Part shown: piece after piece, positions 48,906 to 58,849 of the stretch | Layout of the letters: each line of letters begins with the position of its first letter | Position numbering within the stretch: position 1 is the stretch's first letter | Assembly: GCA_963803705.1 (NCBI GenBank) | Contig: CAWDNU010000004.1 | Coordinates: forward strand, 640,001-704,000 | Origin: an uncultured Pseudobdellovibrionaceae bacterium | GTDB taxonomy: Bacteria; Bdellovibrionota; Bdellovibrionia; Bdellovibrionales; UBA1609 | Length of the DNA: 64,000 bases | Direction: 5' to 3' | Made by a program: the position numbers and the translations under genes | The notes under the pieces: generated by a model | Told to the model about the DNA's origin: nothing | Database searches by the model: none | What the model saw: the letters and a program-made list of their open reading frames with translations, nothing else

Positions 48906-49083
48906 GGGCCTGTGGAAGATTCATTTAGGTTTTAAATGCTTTAGATTCAATTGAAGTTGTTTTAAGCGCAGACTGAGGTTTTTGAAGTGTAGCTATAGCT
49001 ACATCGAAAAAAGCGAAGGCGAGCACAAAACAAATTCTTTGAAAATGAAGTAGTAAAAACCTAGATGAATCTTCCACAGGCCC
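48906..49083. mobile_element. 178-bp palindromic MITE-like element, family A (full length)
   Basis: 28-bp TIR gggcctgtggaagattcat(t/c)taggtttt; flanked by TA on both sides; central gtagctatagctac palindrome. Confidence 0.92.
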
Positions 49084-49263
49084 TAGTCAGTAACTTAAAA
49101 AAAAATCAAAGTCCTTAAAAAATCGACGCTTACCTAAAGGATAATTACTAAGGGATGATTACCTGAACCGGACAAAAAATGTCTTGGTAAGCTTATAATC
49201 GTCAACTGCAAAATATTAGCTTTGAATACTTCAGAATGTCAGCGATCACCAAAGGAGCATTAA

Positions 49264-49566
49264 ATGACTAGATTAAGTAAAAGAATCAAGCAGCTAAAAC
49301 GCCCACCCCTGCAAAAAAAATTAAACCAGAAAGGCCAAGGTCTAATCGAATATATTATTTTAGTGGCGATTATAGCAGTTGCTTCTATTGGTGTTGTCAG
49401 GGCTTTGGGTCAAGTCACATCTACACAGTTGGCAAACATCACCCTGTCATTGCAGGGTAAGGCTTCCCGAAAAGTAAATTCGAACAGTGTTCATGAAAGT
49501 CTTTATTCAAAAAAAGATCTAAGCGATTTTACAAGAAATTCAAGTCAAAGTGCCAACGGTAATTAA
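49264..49566 (+). CDS. Flp-type (type IVb) pilin
   Basis: KG^QGLIEYIILVAIIAV prepilin motif; AAGGAG RBS. Confidence 0.88.
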   Translation: MTRLSKRIKQLKRPPLQKKLNQKGQGLIEYIILVAIIAVASIGVVRALGQVTSTQLANITLSLQGKASRKVNSNSVHESLYSKKDLSDFTRNSSQSANGN

Positions 49567-49912
49567 AGATTTTGAAATAGGCCAAGTGATCATAGAGTCC
49601 GTTATTGGCACTACTTTGCTTTTAATAATTTTGAAAGCTATTTTTTATTTGCTAGTAATTTTGTGGATGAAGGTTTGGGTTGATCATAGTCTGCATGAAA
49701 GTTTGATTTGTAGAGAAAGCTACAACACCACCGCTAACTGCAAAAAACTTTTCCACAAAAATGTAAAATCTGGTCAATTTTTATTTAAGGTGATCAATGT
49801 AAAATGGGTAAAAAAAGCGGCAACACAAAACGTAGAATTAAAAGTTATAGACTTCTTGGGTCTCGAGCATACCTTTTCAAAAGAACTGAAAGTGTCCGGG
49901 GGCAAGCTTTGA
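49550..49912 (+). CDS. TadE-like minor pilin
   Basis: G^QVIIE followed by a hydrophobic helix; overlaps the flp gene. Confidence 0.6.
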   Translation: MPTVIKDFEIGQVIIESVIGTTLLLIILKAIFYLLVILWMKVWVDHSLHESLICRESYNTTANCKKLFHKNVKSGQFLFKVINVKWVKKAATQNVELKVIDFLGLEHTFSKELKVSGGKL

Positions 49913-50502
49913 TACTACTGCTAATTTTTCTCCCGATATTTGCAATTTTCTTAAATTTATCCTTGAACAATATATTATTATTATACTCTAAAAGAAAAGT
50001 ACAAAATAAATGTAGAATTCAAGCCTTTAAAGCCCAAAATGAGATTATTAAAGGCTTCAATTTACTAACCAGTTTGAACCTGCAGGCTAAGCGTTTAAGA
50101 GCAAGAAAAAGATCTGCGGTCAGGGCGGTCAAATATGCCTTAGACCCCAGAGCTAAAGCTGCAGCTGCTGCGTATCTGGCATTTGTAACATCCCAACAAC
50201 TGGCGTTTAAGTTAAAGCAGCAAAAAATAATTATAAATTCGAAATCCAAAGCTAAGTATGAAATGCTTAAAGCGCCCGGCCGCTCTGGCTTCAATTCTCC
50301 ACCTTTTGCTCTAGAGGCAAGACCCGTACTTTCACTGTCACCATCTTACTATGCCCCTAAAGATTTAACTACAAAGCAGGAGTTAATTATATCATGGAAA
50401 GTGAAAAACAGTTTGAACCAATCAATTGTTGGACAATGCGGAAGCTACGTAAAAACATTCCAGCAAAATTTTATAGCCAAGCTTTCGTATCTGGACACGT
50501 AA
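49804..50502 (+). CDS. TadG/TadE-like pseudopilin (true start uncertain)
   Basis: RG^QALILLLIFLPIFAIFL. Confidence 0.55.
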   Translation: MGKKSGNTKRRIKSYRLLGSRAYLFKRTESVRGQALILLLIFLPIFAIFLNLSLNNILLLYSKRKVQNKCRIQAFKAQNEIIKGFNLLTSLNLQAKRLRARKRSAVRAVKYALDPRAKAAAAAYLAFVTSQQLAFKLKQQKIIINSKSKAKYEMLKAPGRSGFNSPPFALEARPVLSLSPSYYAPKDLTTKQELIISWKVKNSLNQSIVGQCGSYVKTFQQNFIAKLSYLDT

Positions 50503-50621
50503 TATTTGAACTATCAATTATTTTAATTTTTATATTTTTACCACTTGTTGTGTTTTTTGAATTTAAAGCCCAACCCCTAATAAAGGAGTTTGCTAAATAT
50601 GAATTTAAAAAAATACCATGA
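50394..50621 (+). CDS. possible small minor pilin
   Basis: SG^HVIFELSIILIFIFLPLVVFF matches the class III signal pattern G^xxxxE; fills the gap in the cluster. Confidence 0.4.
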   Translation: MESEKQFEPINCWTMRKLRKNIPAKFYSQAFVSGHVIFELSIILIFIFLPLVVFFEFKAQPLIKEFAKYEFKKIP

Positions 50622-51114
50622 GTATATACAAAATTTATATTTTATGAATCCAAATGGCTTTCAATTTTTCTCTATACTGAGCTTAGCTGCTATAACAGCT
50701 TTACTCTTTCATCTGCTATTAGCTCCAGGTTCACAAACCTTAATGCAGCCTGAAAAATCGCTAGACGCTGCGACGTACATTCCAAAGGGTCATAGTTTGA
50801 TTCCTCTTCAATTGGTGAATCAGAGATCTCTTGGCAGTTTAATCGAAAATTTTGGATGGATAGACTTATACTCGGCAACAACCAGCGAATCAGGGTATAA
50901 AAAAGGGCCGAAGATAGTGAAAAAAATTCGAATTTTGAGGGCACCCCTTGACCCATCTCAGTTTGGAATTATTGTGCCTAATGATTTTGTAGATTTTATT
51001 CTTGACTGGGGTCCAGATTACTTCGCAACAATTAGCAGAAGTAAGTTCTACAAAAGTGAATTGGTGATAAGATCAAAAAAAAAGAAAAGAGTTATATATG
51101 AAGACATGTTCTAG
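50590..51114 (+). CDS. CpaB/RcpC-like Flp pilus assembly protein
   Basis: TM segment, then IPKGHSLIPL..WIDLY..VKKIRIL; Flp cluster context. Confidence 0.5.
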   Translation: MLNMNLKKYHEYIQNLYFMNPNGFQFFSILSLAAITALLFHLLLAPGSQTLMQPEKSLDAATYIPKGHSLIPLQLVNQRSLGSLIENFGWIDLYSATTSESGYKKGPKIVKKIRILRAPLDPSQFGIIVPNDFVDFILDWGPDYFATISRSKFYKSELVIRSKKKKRVIYEDMF

Positions 51115-52042
51115 GTTAGGTCTAAAGCGAAAATTTAGTTCAGGATTTGTCCTTAAATTCAGCTCAACCTCAAACTACCATTTAAATTTTATGTTTAGAA
51201 TTCTGCTCGCGATTTTTGTGGCACAGCCATCACACGGTTCTGATCGGGCACAGATAATAACTAATTTAGAAGTCGCAGCCGAGATAGAATTTTTAGATTC
51301 AGACCTAACTAATGCTCGAAAAACCTACAAAAAAATTGTGCAAATGGCATTAGATCAAGTTTGGACGGACAAGATTAGAACCACAATTTACCAAGCACAC
51401 TATAGAATGGCTCAGTTAGACAAAACTAATGCAGATAAGTGGGTCATGAGCGCTATTGCATTTGCACCCGATTTCCAACCCAATAATGAAATCACACCAA
51501 GAAATTTGGTGGATAAATACAAAATGGCGAATCTAAATTCATTATTTGTTGAAATAAATAAATCTAAATTAGAAAAAGTATTGATTAATAGTTCCAAACA
51601 TATTTCAAAAGTGCATAAAAATAAAATCTACAGACTGGATTCTATAACAAATCCGAATTTGAAACCCAAATTTGTTAAAGGAAATCAGATTGATAACTAT
51701 GACGAAAATAGCTTCAAGGCCACGTTAGTAGCAATTGACCATTCTAAAAAGCAAAACCAAGAGCAAGAGCGAGAGACTAAGCTTGCACTCCACTTACCCC
51801 AGAAAAAGTTCTTAAAATCCAAATTGGAGTTGAACCTTGCCAGTAAAGATTTTAAGTCACACACTAACAACTTTAAGACAGCAGGGTTTAAAACTAAAAA
51901 TAAGATTAAAGAAAAAAACAACGATTACACTTGGATATACGTTGCTTCTTCAATTCTTGCAGTGACGTTGGGAGCCGTGTTGATTTCCGATAACAATGAT
52001 AACTCCAAACCTTATGAGCCTAGTCAATCTAAAGGATTTTAA
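51098..52042 (+). CDS. hypothetical exported protein with C-terminal TM segment
   Basis: Helical N-terminal region; C-terminal YTWIYVASSILAVTLGAVLI. Confidence 0.65.
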   Translation: MKTCSRLGLKRKFSSGFVLKFSSTSNYHLNFMFRILLAIFVAQPSHGSDRAQIITNLEVAAEIEFLDSDLTNARKTYKKIVQMALDQVWTDKIRTTIYQAHYRMAQLDKTNADKWVMSAIAFAPDFQPNNEITPRNLVDKYKMANLNSLFVEINKSKLEKVLINSSKHISKVHKNKIYRLDSITNPNLKPKFVKGNQIDNYDENSFKATLVAIDHSKKQNQEQERETKLALHLPQKKFLKSKLELNLASKDFKSHTNNFKTAGFKTKNKIKEKNNDYTWIYVASSILAVTLGAVLISDNNDNSKPYEPSQSKGF

Positions 52043-53408
52043 CAGAAATAATTATTTTTCCATCCCTTGCTTTTATGATAGCCACTTGCACTTAGAGGGC
52101 CTAGGCAAATATCAACAAAAAAGTAATTTAAATCAGATCAAAAATCTAGATCAGCTTCAAGAATTTATAAAAAAAACTCAATATCAAAACTCTGAAACGA
52201 TCGAAGCTTTTGGACTTCGAAAGGATCTGCTTAGAAATTTTGAAAAAGTAAGCGATACTTTTAAGAATTTTAACACGAAAAATATTAATTACTATTTAGT
52301 TTTAGAAGACGGACACGAGCTGCTTTTTCACGGCACCTGGTTAGCTGACTTTAAGAGCAAATTTGAAACACAAATTTTAGGCTTAGCTGGTGATAAGCTT
52401 AGACATTTCAAAAAAAGATTTGATAACCTAACGTTTTTATTTGATGACAGTAATCGTTTTTTATTTGATCAATACTTTCACACTCGAAACAGTAATTGCT
52501 CATCACAAAAAGCAAACCTACTTGCAGCTCAAAGTATTCTTTTTTCCAAGGGCATCACCCATTGCAGGGATCTAACAAGTGATCTAACCCAATTTCGTGA
52601 ATTGATCTTATTGGCTAGCGATGGTTTGTTCGACCTACGAACAGAGACATTTTTTTCTGATTTTTTTGGAACTAAAGTTTCAAAACTAATAGCCGACTCT
52701 AAGTTGGCAAAAAAACTTTCAGCTGAGAATATTTTAGGACCTCAAATTCAGCATAAAGGGGTAAAGCTTTTCGTAGACGGGACGTTTTCACAAAATACAG
52801 TGGATTTAACATGCTCACATATTAATTCACACAGGCCAAAAGATAGGTACACCACTAGTGACCTAATCAATATACTGAAACTTGTGAATGAAGAAAATTT
52901 AGAAATTGCGTTTCACACTATGGGCGATGGAGCAGTTGAAAAGATTTTAGACGCATTTAACAATGTTAAAGAATCATTAAAAACTCGGATTCATCTTGAA
53001 CACTGTGAATTGATCAATATGAAAACAATGAACTATTTACTTTCACTTGAACCTAGATTTAAAAATTTAATTACTTTTCATTTTCAACCAAGTCATTATC
53101 TTGCAGATCAAAAAAAAATTGAGGGAGTAAAAAAAGTAGTTCCAGACATTTACGTTTTTCCTTGGTTCAAACTTTTAAGCAATGGTTTTTCGGTTCACTT
53201 TGGTAGCGATGCCCCAATTAAAGATCCAGGATTAGGCTTTATCTTTGAAGAGGGCTTCAGAGATTTTTTTAATTCATCGACCGAGCTACTTAGCTTCTGG
53301 CCTATGTTTATCCACCCAAGATACAAAGAACTCCCTTCAACTTTTTCTGTGTTCGACAATACAGGGCTTCTTTCTGTATTTCTAAATGGAAAGAAAATGC
53401 AAATTTAG
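51996..53408 (+). CDS. amidohydrolase-3 family protein (YtcJ-like)
   Basis: PCFYDSHLH, VKLFVDG, FHTMGD, LEHCE, QP and FGSDAP. Confidence 0.82.
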   Translation: MITPNLMSLVNLKDFNRNNYFSIPCFYDSHLHLEGLGKYQQKSNLNQIKNLDQLQEFIKKTQYQNSETIEAFGLRKDLLRNFEKVSDTFKNFNTKNINYYLVLEDGHELLFHGTWLADFKSKFETQILGLAGDKLRHFKKRFDNLTFLFDDSNRFLFDQYFHTRNSNCSSQKANLLAAQSILFSKGITHCRDLTSDLTQFRELILLASDGLFDLRTETFFSDFFGTKVSKLIADSKLAKKLSAENILGPQIQHKGVKLFVDGTFSQNTVDLTCSHINSHRPKDRYTTSDLINILKLVNEENLEIAFHTMGDGAVEKILDAFNNVKESLKTRIHLEHCELINMKTMNYLLSLEPRFKNLITFHFQPSHYLADQKKIEGVKKVVPDIYVFPWFKLLSNGFSVHFGSDAPIKDPGLGFIFEEGFRDFFNSSTELLSFWPMFIHPRYKELPSTFSVFDNTGLLSVFLNGKKMQI

Positions 53409-53536
53409 TTTGCAAAACATTTTTTAGTTGAGTCTGTTTGAATAGCTTAAATATTTTAGATTTTAACTTAGATTTTAACTTAGATATCAAACTTAAATTT
53501 TAGTTTATAAATTATTCTATTATTTTAGATAATGAT

Positions 53537-53561
53537 GAAACTTTTATGTGACTTAGTTGTT
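53537..53561 (+). promoter_or_regulatory. putative ECF-type promoter
   Basis: GAAACTTTT-N12-TGTT, same as upstream of the ECF gene. Confidence 0.4.
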
Positions 53562-53609
53562 AAGATTTTATAGCATTTCAAAAACAACATTCTAGTTTTA
53601 GGAGCATCA

Positions 53610-54338
53610 ATGACTTATTTTCGCAATAGTCTGGTTATAATTTTCGCTTTGGTAGCTGTCTCTGGCTGCTCAACCTGGTCCGCAGACAAGTGTCAAAGCA
53701 CCAATTGGGATACAATGGGCTACTCTGAGGCCTCAACAGGGAAAGACAATGCTTCTGGTCTTTATGCTTCTAGGTGCCAAAAAAAGGGTGTGAGCATCAA
53801 TAGTGGTGCTTACAATAAGGGTTACAGTCGGGGCCTAATGACTTATTGCAATTATAATAAAGGCCATAAAACTGCTTTTTCCGGTGAGCTGAAAGAACCA
53901 ATGTGTTCGCCAGTTCCAACCTATAACAAAGGCTATTCTAAAGGAACTTTTGAGTACTGCACAGCTGCTACAGGTTATAAAGTGGCCGTTGACGGCGGCG
54001 CTGAGGCCAAAATTTGCTCTGGAAAAGCTGCAACTAATTTTATGAAAGGCTATAAAAAGGGGCGCAGAAAATTTGTCGTTGAAGAGATCAATAATTTGAA
54101 AGAAGACTTAGCTAAAGCAAAAAGAGACCTGGACGACATCAGAGATCGGCTTTCTGACAAGCAGAACCAATTAGCCAGGGTACCCCAGCGCTCTTACGAG
54201 CCCTCAGTGATAAGACTTAGACAGGATTTGCAGAACGAGGTCGGAAACCTTAGTGGCAGCAGGGACGAAATCAAACAACAGGTCGACGAGATGAGCGACC
54301 GATTGGGTCAACTTGAAAGAGAATCGAGAGATAATTAA
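53610..54338 (+). CDS. DUF2799-like lipoprotein with C-terminal coiled coil
   Basis: Lipobox VSGC; CxxxNWxxxG and repeated YxxGYxxG..YC units. Confidence 0.75.
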   Translation: MTYFRNSLVIIFALVAVSGCSTWSADKCQSTNWDTMGYSEASTGKDNASGLYASRCQKKGVSINSGAYNKGYSRGLMTYCNYNKGHKTAFSGELKEPMCSPVPTYNKGYSKGTFEYCTAATGYKVAVDGGAEAKICSGKAATNFMKGYKKGRRKFVVEEINNLKEDLAKAKRDLDDIRDRLSDKQNQLARVPQRSYEPSVIRLRQDLQNEVGNLSGSRDEIKQQVDEMSDRLGQLERESRDN

Positions 54339-54367
54339 TCTATAATTTTTGTTTGTATTAATTTGGT

Positions 54368-56500
54368 CTAAATTCGGCCCATTTTTTTAAGCAACTCGTT
54401 TTGATTTTTTTTTGGCAGCGAGCTGTAGTTGTGAAACTTCATTGTGAAGCTTGCGCGCCCTTGAGATAGCGAGCGAATATCTGTCGCATAGCCAAACAAC
54501 TCTGCCAACGGAACTTCAGCGTCAATGACTTGTTGCACGCCTTTCAAACTCATGTTTAAAACTTTGCCACGCCGGGAATTAAGGTCCCCAACTATATTCC
54601 CAACGAAGTCTTCAGGTGTGATCACTTCCATTTTAAATATTGGCTCATAAAGTTCACACTTTGCTGATTGCAAGGCCTTTCGAACAGCTTGCGACACGGC
54701 AACCCGGCATACACCTTCTGTGGTGACCGACTTGTCGTATCCTAATTTCACCACTTCCACCTTTATATCGATCAGTGCATAACCGGCCAACGGCCCAACT
54801 TGAATAGCGTCTAGTGCTCCTGATTTTAAAGAGTTTTTCCACTCTTCTCTGATTCCAGTATCTGCATTCTCATTGAATTGATATGTAACTCCACTGCCAG
54901 TACTTTGGGGAGAAAGGTTTATTGATACTTCAGCCCATTCTGTGGTTGCACTGATGAGGCGCTCGAATCTGGCATTAGCTTTAACAGGCGACATTAAAGC
55001 TTCACGGTAAGATACTTGTGGCTGTCCTATATTGGCTTTAGCTTTGAACTCTCTTAGAAGCCTTTCTACAAGAATTTCTAAGTGAAGCTCACCCATACCC
55101 GAAAGCAAAGTCTGGCCTGTCTCAGGGTCTTCATGAACGCTAGAGGAAGGGTCTTCTCTAAGTAGAGATTGCAGACCAACTTCAAGATTTTTTCTATCGG
55201 CAGCACTTTTTGGTTCTATCACAACAGAGATAACTGGATCTGGAAATTGGATTGACTCTAAAGTTACTGGCCTCTTCACAGAACACAAAGTGTCGCCAGT
55301 TCCGGTTAACTTTAACCCAATGCAAGCGCCTATATCACCTGCTTTTAATTCTGTAATTTCTTCTCTGGAATTGGCATGTATTTTAAAGAGCTTTTGTATC
55401 TTCTCTTTTTTTTGAAGCCTTGGATTCAGTAGGTTGTCTCCAACAGAAATAACCCCCGAATAGACTCTGATAAAAGTCATCGAGCCAGCAAAAGTATCAG
55501 AGGCGATTTTAAAAGCCAAAGCCGCCGAAGGAGATTCAAAATCTGTTTTGCAAACCAATTTTTTATCCTCATTATTTGGATCTAATCCAACTACATCGTC
55601 ACGATCCAAAGGTGAGGGCAAATAAGCAAGCACAGCATTTAAAAGTGGCTGGACGCCTTTATTTTTAAATGCACTACCGCATAAAACAGGCGTTATTTTA
55701 TTTGCTATGACCGCGGATCTTAATGCTGTTTGTATTTCATCAGCACTAAGCTCAATGCCTTCCAAGTACTTTTCCATCAGAAGGTCGCTGGTCTCACAAA
55801 TTTTTTCTATTAGTAATTCCCTAGCTGCTGCAACTTCAACTTTTATGTTCTCTGGTATATCCTGAGTTTCAAAATTTAGCCCTTTATCTTCGCTAGCTGC
55901 TGTCCAGACATAAGCCTTCGTGAGAACCAAATCTACTACACCAACAAATTGGTCCTCGCTTCCAATAGGCAGCTGAAGTGCAACAGGGTTACCGCCAAGT
56001 TTTTTTTCGATGCTAACTAAGCTTTCTTGAAAGTTAGCCCCCACACGGTCCATCTTGTTTATAAATGCAATTCTAGGAACAGAATATTTATTTGCTTGCC
56101 TCCAGACGGTCTCTGATTGAGGCTCAACTCCACTGACTCCATCAAATACAGCCACTGCACCATCAAGCACTCTCAAGGACCTTTCAACTTCTATTGTAAA
56201 GTCCACGTGTCCAGGAGTATCTATTATATTTATTCTATGATTTTCCCATTCGCAGGTCGTTGCGGCAGAAGTAATCGTTATGCCGCGCTCTTGTTCTTGT
56301 TCCATCCAGTCCATAATGGTGTCCCCGTCGTGGACCTCACCGATTTTATGACTTTTGCCAGAGTAGAAAAGAATACGTTCAGTGGTAGTGGTCTTTCCAG
56401 CATCAATATGAGCCATAATGCCAATATTTCTTGTCCACTTTAAATCTTCAATTTTTGTAACAGGTTTTAATCCCAACTGAGCTCCCGATAAGCCTTTCAA
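54368..56500 (-). CDS. fusA: elongation factor G family GTPase (divergent domain IV)
   Basis: [40 protein letters not shown] and [14 protein letters not shown]. Confidence 0.93.
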   Translation of the reverse strand: MKGLSGAQLGLKPVTKIEDLKWTRNIGIMAHIDAGKTTTTERILFYSGKSHKIGEVHDGDTIMDWMEQEQERGITITSAATTCEWENHRINIIDTPGHVDFTIEVERSLRVLDGAVAVFDGVSGVEPQSETVWRQANKYSVPRIAFINKMDRVGANFQESLVSIEKKLGGNPVALQLPIGSEDQFVGVVDLVLTKAYVWTAASEDKGLNFETQDIPENIKVEVAAARELLIEKICETSDLLMEKYLEGIELSADEIQTALRSAVIANKITPVLCGSAFKNKGVQPLLNAVLAYLPSPLDRDDVVGLDPNNEDKKLVCKTDFESPSAALAFKIASDTFAGSMTFIRVYSGVISVGDNLLNPRLQKKEKIQKLFKIHANSREEITELKAGDIGACIGLKLTGTGDTLCSVKRPVTLESIQFPDPVISVVIEPKSAADRKNLEVGLQSLLREDPSSSVHEDPETGQTLLSGMGELHLEILVERLLREFKAKANIGQPQVSYREALMSPVKANARFERLISATTEWAEVSINLSPQSTGSGVTYQFNENADTGIREEWKNSLKSGALDAIQVGPLAGYALIDIKVEVVKLGYDKSVTTEGVCRVAVSQAVRKALQSAKCELYEPIFKMEVITPEDFVGNIVGDLNSRRGKVLNMSLKGVQQVIDAEVPLAELFGYATDIRSLSQGRASFTMKFHNYSSLPKKNQNELLKKMGRI

Positions 56501-56635
56501 GTCTACAAATAAAGCCTAATGAATCAAAACTGTCTATGATTTTTTCGATTTTCTTAATAAGCTTGTCTCATTTTCATGCAAATATGCTTTCAAATTTAAC
56601 ATACTATTTTTTAAAATAAGATTTTTGAAATAATA

Positions 56636-56943
56636 GGACCTGTGGAAGATTCATTTAGGTTTTAAATGCTTTAGATTCAATTGAAGTTGTTTTAAGCGCA
56701 GACTGAGGTTTTTGAAGTGAAGCTATAGCTACATCGAAAAAAGCGAAGGCGAGCACAAAACAAATGGGCCTGTTGAAAAAGTATTAGATTCTAGGCGTCC
56801 AAGCTTAAAATCGAATGAGTCGTAGTTTATCTACGTCGAATGAGATTTAAGCGAAGGCAACAACGAAGATGATGCTTTTTCAACAGGCCCAAATTCTTTT
56901 AGAGATGAAGTAGTAAAAACCTAGATGAATCTTCCACAGGCCC
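56636..56943. mobile_element. family A element interrupted by a family B element
   Basis: Matches 48906..49083 apart from a few substitutions and the insertion; TA flanks. Confidence 0.92.
56766..56890. mobile_element. family B element nested in family A
   Basis: AAAT is duplicated on both sides relative to the empty site caaattcttt in the 48906 copy. Confidence 0.93.
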
Positions 56944-57142
56944 TAACACTTTAAAAATTTTCAACGGCCGAAATTTTTCTTAAGCTAGCTGTTAAAGCAC
57001 TGATACCGTAACTGAAACTTGTTTTTCATTTTTTAACATTCATAATTTTCTCAAATTAAGTCAGAAAATTTCAGTTTTGTGTATAGATATTATTCAGTGA
57101 CTAATCCTTAAATAGCTAGCCCCCTTTAAAAAGACTTTAGTC

Positions 57143-57158
57143 TGGTACAAGAATTGCT
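57143..57158 (+). promoter_or_regulatory. putative sigma54 -24/-12 promoter
   Basis: TGGTACAAGAATTGCT (GG-N10-GC). Confidence 0.6.
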
Positions 57159-57184
57159 TTCTACTATAGTTGTTGGGGGACGTT

Positions 57185-57694
57185 ATGAAAAATTCAATTA
57201 AACTAGTTCTTATGGGTTTTAGCATTCTTTTTGCTCAGAGCAGCTACGCTGTTTTAGATGATAATTTAGGAATGACTGATCAATCCGCCAAGAACTTAAC
57301 TTTTAATTCTAAGGTTAATATTAGCAATAAAACAGTCACTTATAAAACTAAAAAGAGTAGGAAAGTGCTTTCCAGAACGGCTAAGCTTGCACCTAAAAAA
57401 TTAGGAAATGTTCCGCGGCACATTCAGGAAAATTGGAATGCTTTGTCTAACGATCAGAAGGAAGTGATTTACTCTTACCATAATGAAAATCCCTATGCTC
57501 AAATCAATAAAGAGTATTTTAAAAATATCTCGAAACCAGACGAGGACTATGAACACGATACCGACTATGGTTTTGATGGTACACAACAGTTAAGTTTAGA
57601 AGATTTAAGAAGCGACATTAACGGCGCAACTACAGAGGAGCTTTCTGAGGAAACTAAGCTTGTGATCAAAAACCTTGCTGCATTGGAAGATTAA
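57185..57694 (+). CDS. exported hypothetical protein (probable start ATG 57185)
   Basis: GGGGGA RBS; signal peptide MKNSIKLVLMGFSILFAQSSYA. Confidence 0.75.
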   Translation: MKNSIKLVLMGFSILFAQSSYAVLDDNLGMTDQSAKNLTFNSKVNISNKTVTYKTKKSRKVLSRTAKLAPKKLGNVPRHIQENWNALSNDQKEVIYSYHNENPYAQINKEYFKNISKPDEDYEHDTDYGFDGTQQLSLEDLRSDINGATTEELSEETKLVIKNLAALED

Positions 57695-57785
57695 ACAGTA
57701 TTGCTACAATATGTGAAATTCGACGATTCGCAAAAGAAATCTGCATATTCTAGTTAACTGTATCGATAAAAACAAAAATTAAACC

Positions 57786-57817
57786 AAAAAAAAGCTCTGT
57801 TTCTACAGAGCTTTTTT
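57786..57817. terminator. bidirectional intrinsic terminator downstream of rpsG
   Basis: aaaaaaaagctctgt-ttct-acagagctttttt between convergent genes. Confidence 0.85.
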
Positions 57818-57838
57818 ATTTTTTGGTATGATAAATAA

Positions 57839-58312
57839 TTACCAGTTATAGTGAGAAAAGGCCCGGTTGGCGTCAGCCATTTTATGAACATCTTCTTTTT
57901 TCTTAACTGAATTACCGCGACTATGGAAAGCATCGGCTAACTCACCAGCTAGCTTTTCAGCCATCGATTTTTCACCCCGCTTTCTTGAATTGTCCACTAA
58001 CCATCTCATAGCTAAAGTTAAACGTCTTACCGGTCTAACATCTACTGGAACCTGGTAAGTTGCCCCGCCAACTCGGCGAGATCTAACTTCCAAAGCTGGC
58101 TTAACATTTTCGACAGCTTTCTTAAAAACCATCAAAGGTTCTTCTTCGGAGACTTTATTTTTAAGAATTTCAAATGAAGCATAGAGAGTCTTTTGTGCAG
58201 TAGTTTTTCGTCCACCATACATTAAGCGGTTTACGAATTTAGCAACAACCACATCATTGTACATTGGATCTGGTAAAACTTCTCTCTGGTCACTTTTACG
58301 ACGTCTTGACAT
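57839..58312 (-). CDS. rpsG: 30S ribosomal protein S7
   Basis: EVRSRRVGGATYQVP; MADANRAFSHY. Confidence 0.98.
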   Translation of the reverse strand: MSRRRKSDQREVLPDPMYNDVVVAKFVNRLMYGGRKTTAQKTLYASFEILKNKVSEEEPLMVFKKAVENVKPALEVRSRRVGGATYQVPVDVRPVRRLTLAMRWLVDNSRKRGEKSMAEKLAGELADAFHSRGNSVKKKEDVHKMADANRAFSHYNW

Positions 58313-58321
58313 TATTTCCTC

Positions 58322-58696
58322 TTAACCTTTAGGTCTTTTTGTTCCATATTTTGATCTTGAATTCTTCCTGTTGCTAACACCTTGTGTATCTAAAACTCCG
58401 CGGACCACATGATAACGAACGCCTGGCAGATCTTTCACTCGACCACCGCGAATTAAAATTACGCTATGTTCCTGTAAGTTGTGACCCTCCCCGGGAATGT
58501 AAGAGATAACCTCGAAGCCGTTTGAAAGCCTAACTTTAGCTACTTTTCTTAAAGCAGAGTTTGGTTTTTTGGGAGTTGTTGTATAAACACGGGTACATAC
58601 TCCACGTCTTTGAGGACAGGCCTGAAGCGCCGGTGATGTAGTTTTGTTCTTTTGAACTCTTCTTTCTTTTCTTATGAGTTGGTTTACCGTAGGCAT
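58322..58696 (-). CDS. rpsL: 30S ribosomal protein S12
   Basis: [23 protein letters not shown]. Confidence 0.99.
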   Translation of the reverse strand: MPTVNQLIRKERRVQKNKTTSPALQACPQRRGVCTRVYTTTPKKPNSALRKVAKVRLSNGFEVISYIPGEGHNLQEHSVILIRGGRVKDLPGVRYHVVRGVLDTQGVSNRKNSRSKYGTKRPKG

Positions 58697-58849
58697 TTTA
58701 TCTCATTATCCTTTTATAGTTTTAGTCATTAAACTTGATTCAAATATTATGATACTAAGTATCTGAAACACACATAAATTTTAAAAATTATTCTAAAGAG
58801 CGGAAAATAACCTTCCCCTCTTCATTTAGTCAATTAAAAATACTGAAAC

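Noticed and set aside
48906..49083. Element A as an in-frame peptide-coding insert
   Set aside because: The long minus-strand frame stops before the element end, and no copy lies inside a gene.
49090..49263. c-di-GMP riboswitch upstream of the flp pilin
   Set aside because: No recognisable class I or class II aptamer motifs.
53456..53500. Short tandem repeat ttagattttaac x2 plus degenerate copies
   Set aside because: Low-complexity AT-rich intergenic sequence with no supporting context.
5737..56943. Recurring ~30-bp sequence tagggcctgtggaagattcatctaggtttt as a CRISPR repeat
   Set aside because: Copies are kilobases apart with no regular spacers or cas genes; they are termini of larger palindromic elements.
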